A DNA stretch of 64,000 nt from Paragordius varius (taxonomy: Eukaryota > Animalia > Nematomorpha): positions 14,508,001 through 14,572,000 of the forward strand of contig OZ176050.1 in the NCBI GenBank assembly GCA_964247055.1, in the 5' to 3' direction. Position 1 is the first letter of the stretch. The number at the start of each line of letters is the position of its first letter. Below the pieces are notes generated by a model that was given only the letters and a program-made list of their open reading frames with translations, had not been told where the DNA came from and did no database searches. Made by a program: the position numbers and the translations under genes. This document shows positions 25,102 to 36,146 of this stretch, piece after piece.

Positions 25102-26411
25102 GTAAATTGTCAAATCATACTTTTAAACCAGAGTCACCAAAAGGTTTTTTAAGGAGCCAAAAATATATTTTAAATTATAATAGCTTTTCGACACATTTGC
25201 AGATATTTATAAGGAAAATAAGTACTTCAGAGCTATGAAAAAGCGCTTTTAGGGCTTGTGGTCCGTGGGGCGCAGTTTAAGTACCACTGCTTTAAACTTT
25301 GATATATCCCCATAAATTTTATTAAAAATTTGAAATATCTAATTTTCGAATGGTCCACCCATTACTTATTCTCTAAAATCAAAACGATGAGTTATATTTC
25401 AATCTTCAAGGTTATATGAGTATTTCCATCTCTTAGAAAAATATTTGTCATTTAGTTTTGCATTTTGTACGTATAATTTCAATTTTTTCTGTACTTATAT
25501 AAAAAGCTCGCTAAGGAACTTTATTGTTTTACGTTTAGGACCTTAAACTGCCTGAATATAAAGTGATTTTCTACCGTATCCAATCTAATCGTAATAAGTA
25601 ATACATTTTGATCGTTTGATTTTCAAATTGTACGTTAGGAATTCAGGTATAACGCTTATAACATAGAATACAGAGTTCAAGTTTTCCAAGAATATCCCAT
25701 GATTTTGTTTTAACGCTTCACACATTTGTGTTTTTACAGCGAGTTTCTCAATGGATTAGCTAATTTAGGATTGGGATCCGTAAATAGCGAAAGCATTGTT
25801 AGGATATTTCTTTGATTAACTTTAACGATAGGTTCCGAATTTCAAATTTTCAAATAATTACCGACCTAATGCAACACATGCAAATGTCAAAATTTAAACT
25901 ACTTTTTGGAGCAACAAAAGAGGCTATAGATACTGTTTAAGCATGGAACCAGAAACTATTGTTAAAAATATATATTGGGGTTTTTAATTGTTTAGGATTT
26001 GGTAAAATTAACTTTTATTTCATTATATTGTTTGAGAAAAGGTGTATCAAATCAAAAAAAAGGATTTTGTCTTTAAAACATTGTCATCGGTTTACTGAAG
26101 GATGCTTATGGGTCTCTCTCTCTTTTATAATCGGTTAATAAACTATTAAATTAGGACTTTAGTGCTTTTGGTTAAAAAAGTTTATTATTACAGTATGACA
26201 TTTATGTTGGCCAATTGGTAATTTTTTTCCAAAATTAAATAATATTTAATTCTGTATGTAAGATAGTAAAAAATGTAAATAAAAAGGTTTCTTGTTTTTT
26301 GTATATACTGTACTACTGTGTTGCCGATTGGCTAAATTATCAACATAGATGTGCACACTTTATATTATTATTATTATTATAATTATATTGATTTATCCTC
26401 TCTAAAATTAG

Positions 26412-26836
26412 ACCACTGAGTGTGATGGTAAAACCACTACATATTACTCCTAGTAAGTTATTATACTTTAATAATTTGTATATTTTTTATACATTTGTAA
26501 ATTAATATTATGAAAAATCATAATTAATTGATGTTTATAATTAGTTCCAGTTAAATTGAGTGAGGAATGGGGGATCTTTATCAAGATGAACAAAATCCAT
26601 TATATCAATAAACAAATTTTTTTGAAATATAATTAGCAATTCATATTATAACTTTTTAAATTTGTTGTTCATTTAATTTGTAATTGGGAATTAATAAATG
26701 ATTAATCTAATTTTAAGTGTTTCAACCAAATTGATGGTATGATTCCAATTTATAATATCTCAGGGTCTTCGATTGAGCCTACGTTTTTTTGTTTCTTGTA
26801 TCATTTGTGATTTCTCAGATATGACTGTTCAAAGTC
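26412..26836 (+). CDS. Candidate micro-exon cluster, possibly a continuation of the VWD-like gene
   Basis: Exon-like islands 26412-26452, 26718-26736, 26764-26782 and 26819-26836 bounded by AG/GT, with putative introns of 27 and 36 nt. One join reads TTECDGKTTTYYSYVSTKLMGLRLSLHMTVQS. Confidence 0.35.
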
Positions 26837-28310
26837 GTAATAAGAATGTTTTGCTCCTTGTAATAATAATTTTTTTATCAAAATCACATTATCAAAAATT
26901 TAAAGTGTTTATTTGTTAATCAAATTATACAGATATATATAACCAATTAAATTTCGGTCGAAAAAATAAAATCATTCAGGTGTTATCATAAAAACGCACA
27001 AAAAATTATTCAGAAAGTATGAGTTTCTATTCACTAGTTTCTTCTTGATAAAATGAAGATGTCTGTATACCTATAATCTTTATCCTTTATGCTTAAAAAG
27101 TCAAAAAAATAGCCAGATATAACTCTGATTAAAAAGTTTTGCCTTTTAAACATATTATTTAAAGTTTAAATGGTCGTATTTGGTTGAGGCTTGGATGTTC
27201 GTATTAACTTAACTCTAAATTTTTATTTGATTTATAAAACTAAGCACAAATAATTTGTAATCTTCATTGATTGATTGTCGCCTTACCTAATTTAATTCCA
27301 GTATTAATAATTAGAGAGAACACCCCTACAAAGCCTTTTTATGCAACTAATATGAAATTTGTAAAAATTCGGTTATTTATATATAAATTTATTTGATGAC
27401 AATATAAGAATTCTTAATACAATTATTTGAAAAATCAAATCAAAAGTTTTTATCCTACATTATAAAGAACTAGCCAATCCGAATGGTTAAAACGTCACTT
27501 TTTCATGTTTTCACCATATTGTAATTAGTGCGCACAAAACATATGCAGATGAAATATATATATATTGTAATGTACCGGAAATCTTTTGATGTGGTTTTGG
27601 CCCTCACAAGTTTTATATAAAAGTTTTTTAGAATTCTTTATATAAAATGGCCAAATTTGCGCCAATTCCGTTAAATGCTTATTTGGTGAAAGTTTAAAGC
27701 TTCATTCCAAAAAATATCACTAATATACATCATAATCTACATATAAAGGTGAAACTATAATTTTTTAAAATTTTCATTTTTAGATGTGGACTCCGAAAGT
27801 CACAAATTTTTGATCCGTCTAAACGGACAAGTTTTCTTATAATAAACGCAAAAATGCCTATATTGTGCGATATATAAATATGTGCATTTCGATAAAAATG
27901 GATATTCTGTTTGAAAATATAAATTATTTAGGGTGAATTTTATCATATGTTAAAGCATGTTTAAAGGGTATAAAAACTCTCTGTATTTCAATGATGCCTA
28001 TGTTAATTCAAATGTGAATAAATTGTTTAGATCAAATTATATAGAAAAGTTGTATTAAAATCTCTCTCTCCCAATGCTATAAATTAAATTTTTAATATAC
28101 ATTTTTTCGGAAAAAGCTTTTTTGAATATTAAAAAATTTTATCCCGTGAAATAGGCATTTTTGCGTTTAAAAAAACGACGGGTAAAAATATATGACTAGA
28201 TCCAACATGTAGAAACTTAAAATTTACAATTTATTGTTTTGCCTTTTATACATCGTTTATAATGTAATTTTATGATTTGAATGCAGCTTCACCAAAAAAT
28301 ATTTATTTAG

Positions 28311-28485
28311 CAAAATGGTATTGGATTTGAAGCAGTTACCGGAGATAACTTGTTTATCTGTAAGAACCAAAACCAAAAACATCATGATCCTGATACATTA
28401 TTTTATTAAAATATATATGTATATTTGATCATATTTTTATACCCCCCTAGATTTTACTGAGGAGGGGCATATGCCAATGGAAAAG
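28311..28485 (+). CDS. Two candidate exons of an unidentified gene
   Basis: 28311-28359 and 28451-28485 join in phase across a 91-nt GT-AG intron: QNGIGFEAVTGDNLFIYFTEEGHMPMEK. Confidence 0.5.
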
Positions 28486-28697
28486 GTTTACTACGGAGGA
28501 TTATAATTGTTTGGAAATATAAAACTTTTTAGGTCAGGGATTCCTAAACTTTTGTAGTTCGCGAACCCATTTTAGATTGCGAGTTTCTTAACGACCTCAA
28601 CAAATATAAAAAAATAATAGTTTGACGGAAATAATAACACTTAGCAATTTTTAAATAAGAGAAAACGCATTATTACAAAAAATAAAATAGTAAAGAC

Positions 28698-31600
28698 TGT
28701 TAATTGGTTATAACCTTAAGTTATATTATTATTTTTTATTATATAATTTATATGACATTGTATGTACAAGTATTCTAATTATAGTTGCCAACTTGATAAC
28801 CTTAAATTATACGACATTGTATTTAATAAGTAATCTAATGACTATTATATATATGGATATTTTATATGACATTGTATTTGATACAAATAGTATTCTAATT
28901 TATTATTGTAATTTATCCTTGCTAAAATATATAAATACACCTATACCAACACTGAGCTATCAGTTAATAAATGTACTTAATTTGAGTTATTATTTCATAT
29001 GTCGTCTCTATTCTAAACGCATTATTGGTGCCGTGAATGGACGAAATTTCCAAAATCAGTATTAACGAATACGATCCAAACACTAATTTTAAACAATACT
29101 TAAAGCACGTGAATCGTATCTTAATCGCTAAAAACATTAATCCAAATGATGAAATATTAAAAAACTTATTCCTGGCCTATGCAGGACTACGCACAATCTC
29201 TAAACTGGAAAACCAAGCGTTTCCTACGAAAATAGAGGAGATGACATGGGCTCAAATTCAAAAATTGGCAATGCAAATCTTTGCCCCGGACAAAAGCATA
29301 TGGCTGAGTCGTAAAGAATTCTTTAAAACAACCAGACAAGAAGGCGAACCAATCATGAGTTATATGGAAAGATTAAAAGTACTAGCTGACGATTGTGATT
29401 TTGAAGGCAATATCTCATACTTATTAAGAGATGTTTTCTTGATAGGACTAAATATGCCAATCCTAGAACGGGAATTACATATAAGATTCCCCACGGGCCA
29501 AAATGAAGGCGAACCAGTGTCACTACAAATGGTAATTGATATGGCGCATTCCCTCGAAGTGATTGAACCGAAGGTGCTGAAAATCCGCCAAGAAAGAACC
29601 ATACACCAAAGAGACTGCCAAAGATGTGGGAAATGTCATGCAATCGATAAATGCAGTGCAAAGGGTCAACGATGCTATAAGTGCGGAAAATACAACCATT
29701 TTGCAAAGTATTGCCGAACCAAATATCCCACCAAACCAGGTATTCGGGCAGTGACAAATTCAACGGGGATGGGCCCAACGATAACAGTGCAACTTAACGG
29801 AATAGAAACATCAATGTTGTTTGACACCGGTGCGGATGTGACAGTTATCAATGAGAGATGCTGGAAATCAACAGGACAACCTCGACTGGAGGTAGGAGAA
29901 AGACTATCCACATACAATAATGAAACTATCCCAACCATGGGTAAAACAGAATTGCGCGTAACAATGAACGGTATGACAAAAACCCTTGAATGTTTTGTAA
30001 CCGAGGGAGATCGGCCATTAATTTTTGGTCTCCTTTGGATCCGTGCATTTGCTTTAAATTTACCAGATAATGTGATGATCAATAATATAACTAATAAATC
30101 TATATATAACCAGTATAATAGGTTGTTCTCGGACGGGTTAGGCTGTCTTAAGGATATGGAGGTATCGATTGCGATAAAAAATAATGCAACACCCAAAATA
30201 TACCCTTGCAGGAGAGTTCCCCTACCCCTCCAAGAACGTGTGGAAAAGGAACTAGATAGATTGATAAACCTAGGCATCTTGAGAAAAATTGACCCAAATA
30301 GGGAGCGAATATCGTGGGCCACACCAACAGTAAATATATTAAAACCAAATGGCCAAATAAGGATATGTGCGGATTTTCGAATCAGCCTCAATCCTCATTT
30401 GCTACCCGATTCTCATGTAATCCCCACCTTTGATGAACTAATCTCAAGAACAGCTCAAGGGACAGTTTTTACGTCACTAGACCTGAAGGATGCTTACCTG
30501 CAAATTCCCATAAAACAATCATCACAACCACTACTGACCATAACTACCCATCAAGGTTTTTATTGTTACCAACGACTTCCATTTGGGTTGACTACGGCCC
30601 CTCATATATTTCAACGAATCATGGATAATTTGATTGGTGATATACCAGGTATATGTATCTATTTAGATGACATATTAATATCAGGTAAAACAAGAACCGA
30701 ACATGACGCCACATTGACCAGGGTATTGCAACGATTGGAAGCTGCAGGGTTGAAACTGAGCCGAGACAAATTGCAACTTGCCGTTTCATCTGTCAATTAC
30801 ATGGGATATGAAATTTCAAAGAATGGAATTCGTCCCACCAATGACAAAATTCAAGCTTTGATCAATTGTCCGAGACCCACCAATAAGACAGAACTAAGAT
30901 CATTTTTAGGACTGCTAAACTTTCATGAACGATTCATACCAAATCTCCATCAAGCGATATGCAACCTCCACAGAAACACAGGTTCAATTAGACCATGGGC
31001 CTGGACCGAGATAGAAGAAGAGGAGTTCCAATCCGCAAAACAACTAATGATAAATTACAATACATTAATACCGTATAACCCAAATTGGCCAATACTAATA
31101 GAAACAGACGCATCAAACAAGGGATTTGGAGCGATCTTACTACATATTACCCCGGAAGGAAAGCGTCCCATATCATACGCTTCACGCAAATGTACCGATG
31201 CCGAAACCAATTATTCAACAATAGAGAAAGAAGCAAAAGCTATCACGTATGCTATAGAAAAATTTAAACCATTTATATATGGTAGAAAATTCAAAATTAT
31301 AACCGACCACAAACCACTAATCGGGTTATTTGGTCGAACTCGAAATTTACAAAATATTAATAATGCTAAACTTCTTAGATGGATCTATAAAACATCGGGA
31401 TACGACTATGAAATCGAATATAAAAAAGGGCAAAACAACTTAGCCGACGCTCTATCCAGATTACCAAATAATGATAATACCATGGAGGTGCAAAATGAAG
31501 ATGATGAGGTATCACACACGGTAAAATTTTTAACTATGAATAAATTTAATCTAAGTAAAGAGTTAGTGGAGGAGGAGATAAGGTTAGATCCATTGGCAAA

Positions 31601-33167
31601 CAAACTTAAATCAGCAATAAGAACAAATGATTGGAGTGATCCAAGTATAAAGGAATTTCTGAAAGTAAAAAATGAGATTCAAATATATTATAATCTTTTA
31701 TTTGTAAATGACAGATTACTAATACCCACATCTTTGCAGCGGGACGTAATGAAATTCCTACATACTGGACATAACGGAGCGCAATCGATGAAACAACAAG
31801 CAAGACAATCCATATATTGGCCAAACTTAGAAAAAGATTTAGAAAATTTTGTAGAAACATGTGAACCGTGTCAAAGAAACAAGCCTAATATAAAGGAAAA
31901 TCCAACGTGGAAATGGAATTTCAACACCGCGTTGTGGGAGAGAATTCACATCGACATAGCCGGCCCCATAGATGGTTATTTTTGGTTAGTTACCATTGAT
32001 AGCGCTTCAAGATGGGTTGAGGTGGATCTACTCAAATCGATAACCTCACAACAATTATTGAATTGTTTAGAAAAACACATGGCCAGATTTGGTTTTCCGA
32101 GACAGATAGTCACTGATAATGGGCCATACTTTACATCCCATGAATTTAGAAGTACCTTACATAATCTTAATATAAAACATATTTTAGTCAGTCCATACCA
32201 TCCCAAGTCCAATGGATTGGTTGAAAGATGTATTGCAACCCTCAAATTCAGATATAGAGCTACGAAAACGCAAACAATACATGCCCACGAGGCAATCAAC
32301 ACGATTTTATATGGCTATCGAAACTCAACACACAGTGCCATTATGAATACACCATCACAAGTCTTTCTGAAGAGACACCCAAATGGTCCGATGTCATGGC
32401 TCAAAACACAAACAACTGAGTTTATCGATAATGAAATAGAACCGACTCGCCAGTTCTGTCCAAGAGAGAAGGTTTTTATAAAAAATGAAATAGAAAAAGG
32501 ATGGAGGGCAGGGGAAATATTAGAACGCCGGGGTCCATTATCATATATGGTAACAGACGAAACAGACAGAGTTCTTAGAAAACACGCTGATCAATTAAAA
32601 CAAAGAATGGAATGTCCGAGAACAACCACGCCAGCGCCCGAAACACCAATTAATTCCGAAGAATATACCCCTACTCCACCAGATCTCGAAGCCATAAACA
32701 ATAATATACAACCATCGCCGATAGGCATAACCACACAGGATAATAACGTAGCTCCAACAACGAATATAGACATGCCTAAACCCAGGTACCCACAACGCCA
32801 GCGAAAACCCCCAGACCGCTTTACTATAGGGGGAAGATAATGTTAATTGGTTATAACCTTAAGTTATATTATTATTTTTTATTATATAATTTATATGACA
32901 TTGTATGTACAAGTATTCTAATTATAGTTGCCAACTTGATAACCTTAAATTATACGACATTGTATTTAATAAGTAATCTAATGACTATTATATATATGGA
33001 TATTTTATATGACATTGTATTTGATACAAATAGTATTCTAATTTATTATTGTAATTTATCCTTGCTAAAATATATAAATACACCTATACCAACACTGAGC
33101 TATCAGTTAATAAATGTACTTAATTTGAGTTATTAATTCATATGTCGTCTCTATTCTAAACGCATTA
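28698..33167 (+). mobile_element. Intact Ty3/gypsy (Mag-like) LTR retrotransposon (element A)
   Basis: 327-bp LTRs 28698-29024 and 32841-33167 differ at one position seen. TSD AAGAC, tRNA-His PBS 29026-29036, PPT ~32828-32837. Confidence 0.98.
29037..32840 (+). CDS. Gag-Pol polyprotein, 1267 aa, single uninterrupted ORF
   Basis: Two CCHC knuckles, protease LFDTGA, RT YLDD, RNase H ETDAS, integrase HHCC and D-D-E (HIDIAG, VTDNG, LVERC). No env and no chromodomain. Confidence 0.98.
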   Translation: MDEISKISINEYDPNTNFKQYLKHVNRILIAKNINPNDEILKNLFLAYAGLRTISKLENQAFPTKIEEMTWAQIQKLAMQIFAPDKSIWLSRKEFFKTTRQEGEPIMSYMERLKVLADDCDFEGNISYLLRDVFLIGLNMPILERELHIRFPTGQNEGEPVSLQMVIDMAHSLEVIEPKVLKIRQERTIHQRDCQRCGKCHAIDKCSAKGQRCYKCGKYNHFAKYCRTKYPTKPGIRAVTNSTGMGPTITVQLNGIETSMLFDTGADVTVINERCWKSTGQPRLEVGERLSTYNNETIPTMGKTELRVTMNGMTKTLECFVTEGDRPLIFGLLWIRAFALNLPDNVMINNITNKSIYNQYNRLFSDGLGCLKDMEVSIAIKNNATPKIYPCRRVPLPLQERVEKELDRLINLGILRKIDPNRERISWATPTVNILKPNGQIRICADFRISLNPHLLPDSHVIPTFDELISRTAQGTVFTSLDLKDAYLQIPIKQSSQPLLTITTHQGFYCYQRLPFGLTTAPHIFQRIMDNLIGDIPGICIYLDDILISGKTRTEHDATLTRVLQRLEAAGLKLSRDKLQLAVSSVNYMGYEISKNGIRPTNDKIQALINCPRPTNKTELRSFLGLLNFHERFIPNLHQAICNLHRNTGSIRPWAWTEIEEEEFQSAKQLMINYNTLIPYNPNWPILIETDASNKGFGAILLHITPEGKRPISYASRKCTDAETNYSTIEKEAKAITYAIEKFKPFIYGRKFKIITDHKPLIGLFGRTRNLQNINNAKLLRWIYKTSGYDYEIEYKKGQNNLADALSRLPNNDNTMEVQNEDDEVSHTVKFLTMNKFNLSKELVEEEIRLDPLANKLKSAIRTNDWSDPSIKEFLKVKNEIQIYYNLLFVNDRLLIPTSLQRDVMKFLHTGHNGAQSMKQQARQSIYWPNLEKDLENFVETCEPCQRNKPNIKENPTWKWNFNTALWERIHIDIAGPIDGYFWLVTIDSASRWVEVDLLKSITSQQLLNCLEKHMARFGFPRQIVTDNGPYFTSHEFRSTLHNLNIKHILVSPYHPKSNGLVERCIATLKFRYRATKTQTIHAHEAINTILYGYRNSTHSAIMNTPSQVFLKRHPNGPMSWLKTQTTEFIDNEIEPTRQFCPREKVFIKNEIEKGWRAGEILERRGPLSYMVTDETDRVLRKHADQLKQRMECPRTTTPAPETPINSEEYTPTPPDLEAINNNIQPSPIGITTQDNNVAPTTNIDMPKPRYPQRQRKPPDRFTIGGR

Positions 33168-33189
33168 AAGACTAAATGCGATATATTAA

Positions 33190-36005
33190 ATAATTATATA
33201 TGGAATCAATCAGCAAAAATTATATAATTTATTATAATATAATATTTCGATTACTACAAGTAATCTTTGTCAAACGTAAAAATAAAATTAAAATATAAAC
33301 TAAAATTTAAATTATAAAGTAAAAATATTTAATGAAACTAAAAAAACATGTGTGTATTGTTAATAAGAAAAAAATTTGTAATATTATTAATATTGTTAAG
33401 GTCTTTCTTTCTATTCATTATATTCCCTTCTTTGTTAATATAAAAACTTTCTTTCAATATTCTTTTTGTTTTATTTTCTTCTGTATCGACAACTTCGGCA
33501 TTCTTTTATGTTTACATTTAAAGGCATGATATGCCAAAGCCGAATCATTAGTTTTATTCTTGCTAACTGCCGTTTTATGTTCTTTTATTCTAACATCTAA
33601 TCCTCTTTTTGTTTGACCAATGTATACACTGTCGCAATCTTGACATTTAATTTTATATATTATACACTGAGAATTAGGATTCTTTTTCTGTGAATTTAAT
33701 AATTTATAGATATTATTTAATGGTTTAAATATTATTGTGTATTTCTCTTTAAGTATTTCTTTGATTTTGTAACTTACGGATTCATAGAATGGTATTATAA
33801 TTTTCTTTTTGTTATTATCGTTGTAAATTTTTTTAGGTTTTGAGTTTAAAATTTTGTTGATGGCGTTAGTGATTAAATTTTGTGGGTAATTATGTTCTAA
33901 TAATTTTTTTACTATTTCAGATGTTTGCGAGGTTCTTTTCTCTATACTATTAGGAATTAGTAATGTTCGACGTAGTAAGCTATGCACAAGGGAGTTAAAA
34001 CAATTATCCGGGTGGTGAGAATTATAGTTTATTATATTTATATCTGATTTGTAATGTACTTCAGTGGATATTTTGTTATTGTTTTTTTCTATCAATACAT
34101 CCAAAAATGTAATTTTATTGTTATTTTCTTTTTCTAAAGTAAACCTTAATGGACTTGTGCAATTAAATGTTTTTAGAAGTTGTTTAATATTATTTTCGCT
34201 ATCAATGCATATTATATCATCTACGTATCTGTAGTAAAAGTAAGGTTCTTTTTGTTTTTGTAAAACTTTGGATTCAACATATCGAACTGTAATTTCCGCA
34301 ATTACACTTGAAAAGGAGGATCCCATAGGTACTCCGATTTTTTGATGATATATTGTGTCATTAAATTTTACATATGAATTTGAAATAGCCAAGTTAATTA
34401 AATTGTTTAAAACGTTTATGTTGACGTTCAATTTATCAAAATGTGCAAGATTTTTTTCAATAAATTGTTTCAAAGCTTTTTTTTGCAATTTTTATTGGGA
34501 TTGATGTATATAAGGATACGATGTCTAAACTACACATAATCTTATCTGTAGTATTTATATCTATTAATTTTTCAGTTAAATCATAACAGTTTTTTATATT
34601 ATATTTATAATGTTCTAGTAATGGTGAAAATAATTGGGTTAAATATTTACATATTTTGAAAGTAGGTGAACTCCTAAAATTTGTTATAGGTCTTAAAGGT
34701 ATATTTTCTTTATGTAATTTAGGTTGGCCATGAAAAGTAGGACATTTTGAATCTTTAGGTTTACAGAGGTTATATGTTGTGTTGTTTATTTGTTTACGAA
34801 TTAAGAATCTTTTTAATTTTTTCTATTGGGTTATATTTTATTATTTCATATGTTTTTTTGTCCGTTAGTACTTTCAATGCTTTATCATTATAATCATTTT
34901 TGTACATAATAACCAATTGATTCGTTTTGTCTGCTTTCAGATACATTATTTCTTCTTTTACTTTAAGTGATTTTAAAATGCTATTGATTTTTAATGTGTT
35001 ATTATTTTTGGAGTATGTATTTAGTTCATTATATATTTTAAATCTGAGATCCTTTTCTTCTTGAGGTAAATTTGATTCGATAATAGTTGTTAAAGACTTT
35101 AGTGGGATATTAGTTTTTGGAATAAACTTCAATCCATTATTTAGAAATTTGATTTGTTCAGATGTAAATTTAATATCGGTGAGATTTATAAAATTAGGTT
35201 CAACCTCTTTATAATTAAGTTTTTTAATTTTTTCATATGTTTTTTGGATAATTTCTCTGTTATATATTTAACTTTGTTATCATGCATCTTTTGAATTTAA
35301 CATAATTACCCACAAAATTTAATCACTAACGCCATCAACAAAATTTTAAACTCAAAACCTAAAAAAATTTACAACGATAATAACAAAAAGAAAATTATAA
35401 TACCATTCTATGAATCCGTAAGTTACAAAATCAAAGAAATACTTAAAGAGAAATACACAATAATATTTAAACCATTAAATAATATCTATAAATTATTAAA
35501 TTCACAGAAAAAGAATCCTAATTCTCAGTGTATAATATATAAAATTAAATGTCAAGATTGCGACAGTGTATACATTGGTCAAACAAAAAGAGGATTAGAT
35601 GTTAGAATAAAAGAACATAAAACGGCAGTTAGCAAGAATAAAACTAATGATTCGGCTTTGGCATATCATGCCTTTAAATGTAAACATAAAAGAATGCCGA
35701 AGTTGTCGATACAGAAGAAAATAAAACAAAAAGAATATTGAAAGAAAGTTTTTATATTAACAAAGAAGGGAATATAATGAATAGAAAGAAAGACCTTAAC
35801 AATATTAATAATATTACAAATTTTTTTCTTATTAACAATACACACATGTTTTTTTAGTTTCATTAAATATTTTTACTTTATAATTTAAATTTTAGTTTAT
35901 ATTTTAATTTTATTTTTACGTTTGACAAAGATTACTTGTAGTAATCGAAATATTATATTATAATAAATTATATAATTTTTGCTGATTGATTCCATATATA
36001 ATTAT
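33190..36005 (-). mobile_element. Penelope-like element (RT plus GIY-YIG), 5'-truncated and frameshifted, with an inverted ~0.7 kb copy of its 3' end
   Basis: Minus-strand LKADK, GQPKLHK..LRPI, SLDIVSLYTSIP, GVPMGSSFS, YRYVDD, FLDV and YIGQTKR. 33190-33897 is the reverse complement of 35297-36005. Confidence 0.95.
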
Positions 36006-36146
36006 ACTATCACACTTCAGCGTAAACAATATCCAATAATTAAATAATTAATTTTAAGATTATTTTGGTTTTGAGAGATGGACAAAAATAAATCTACATT
36101 TTTTATAAATTTCTATAATATTTTCTAATTCTTAAATTTATACAAG

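Noticed and set aside
29353-32795. Antisense and alternate-frame ORFs overlapping gag-pol
   Set aside because: Expected shadows of a long coding frame; no independent signals.
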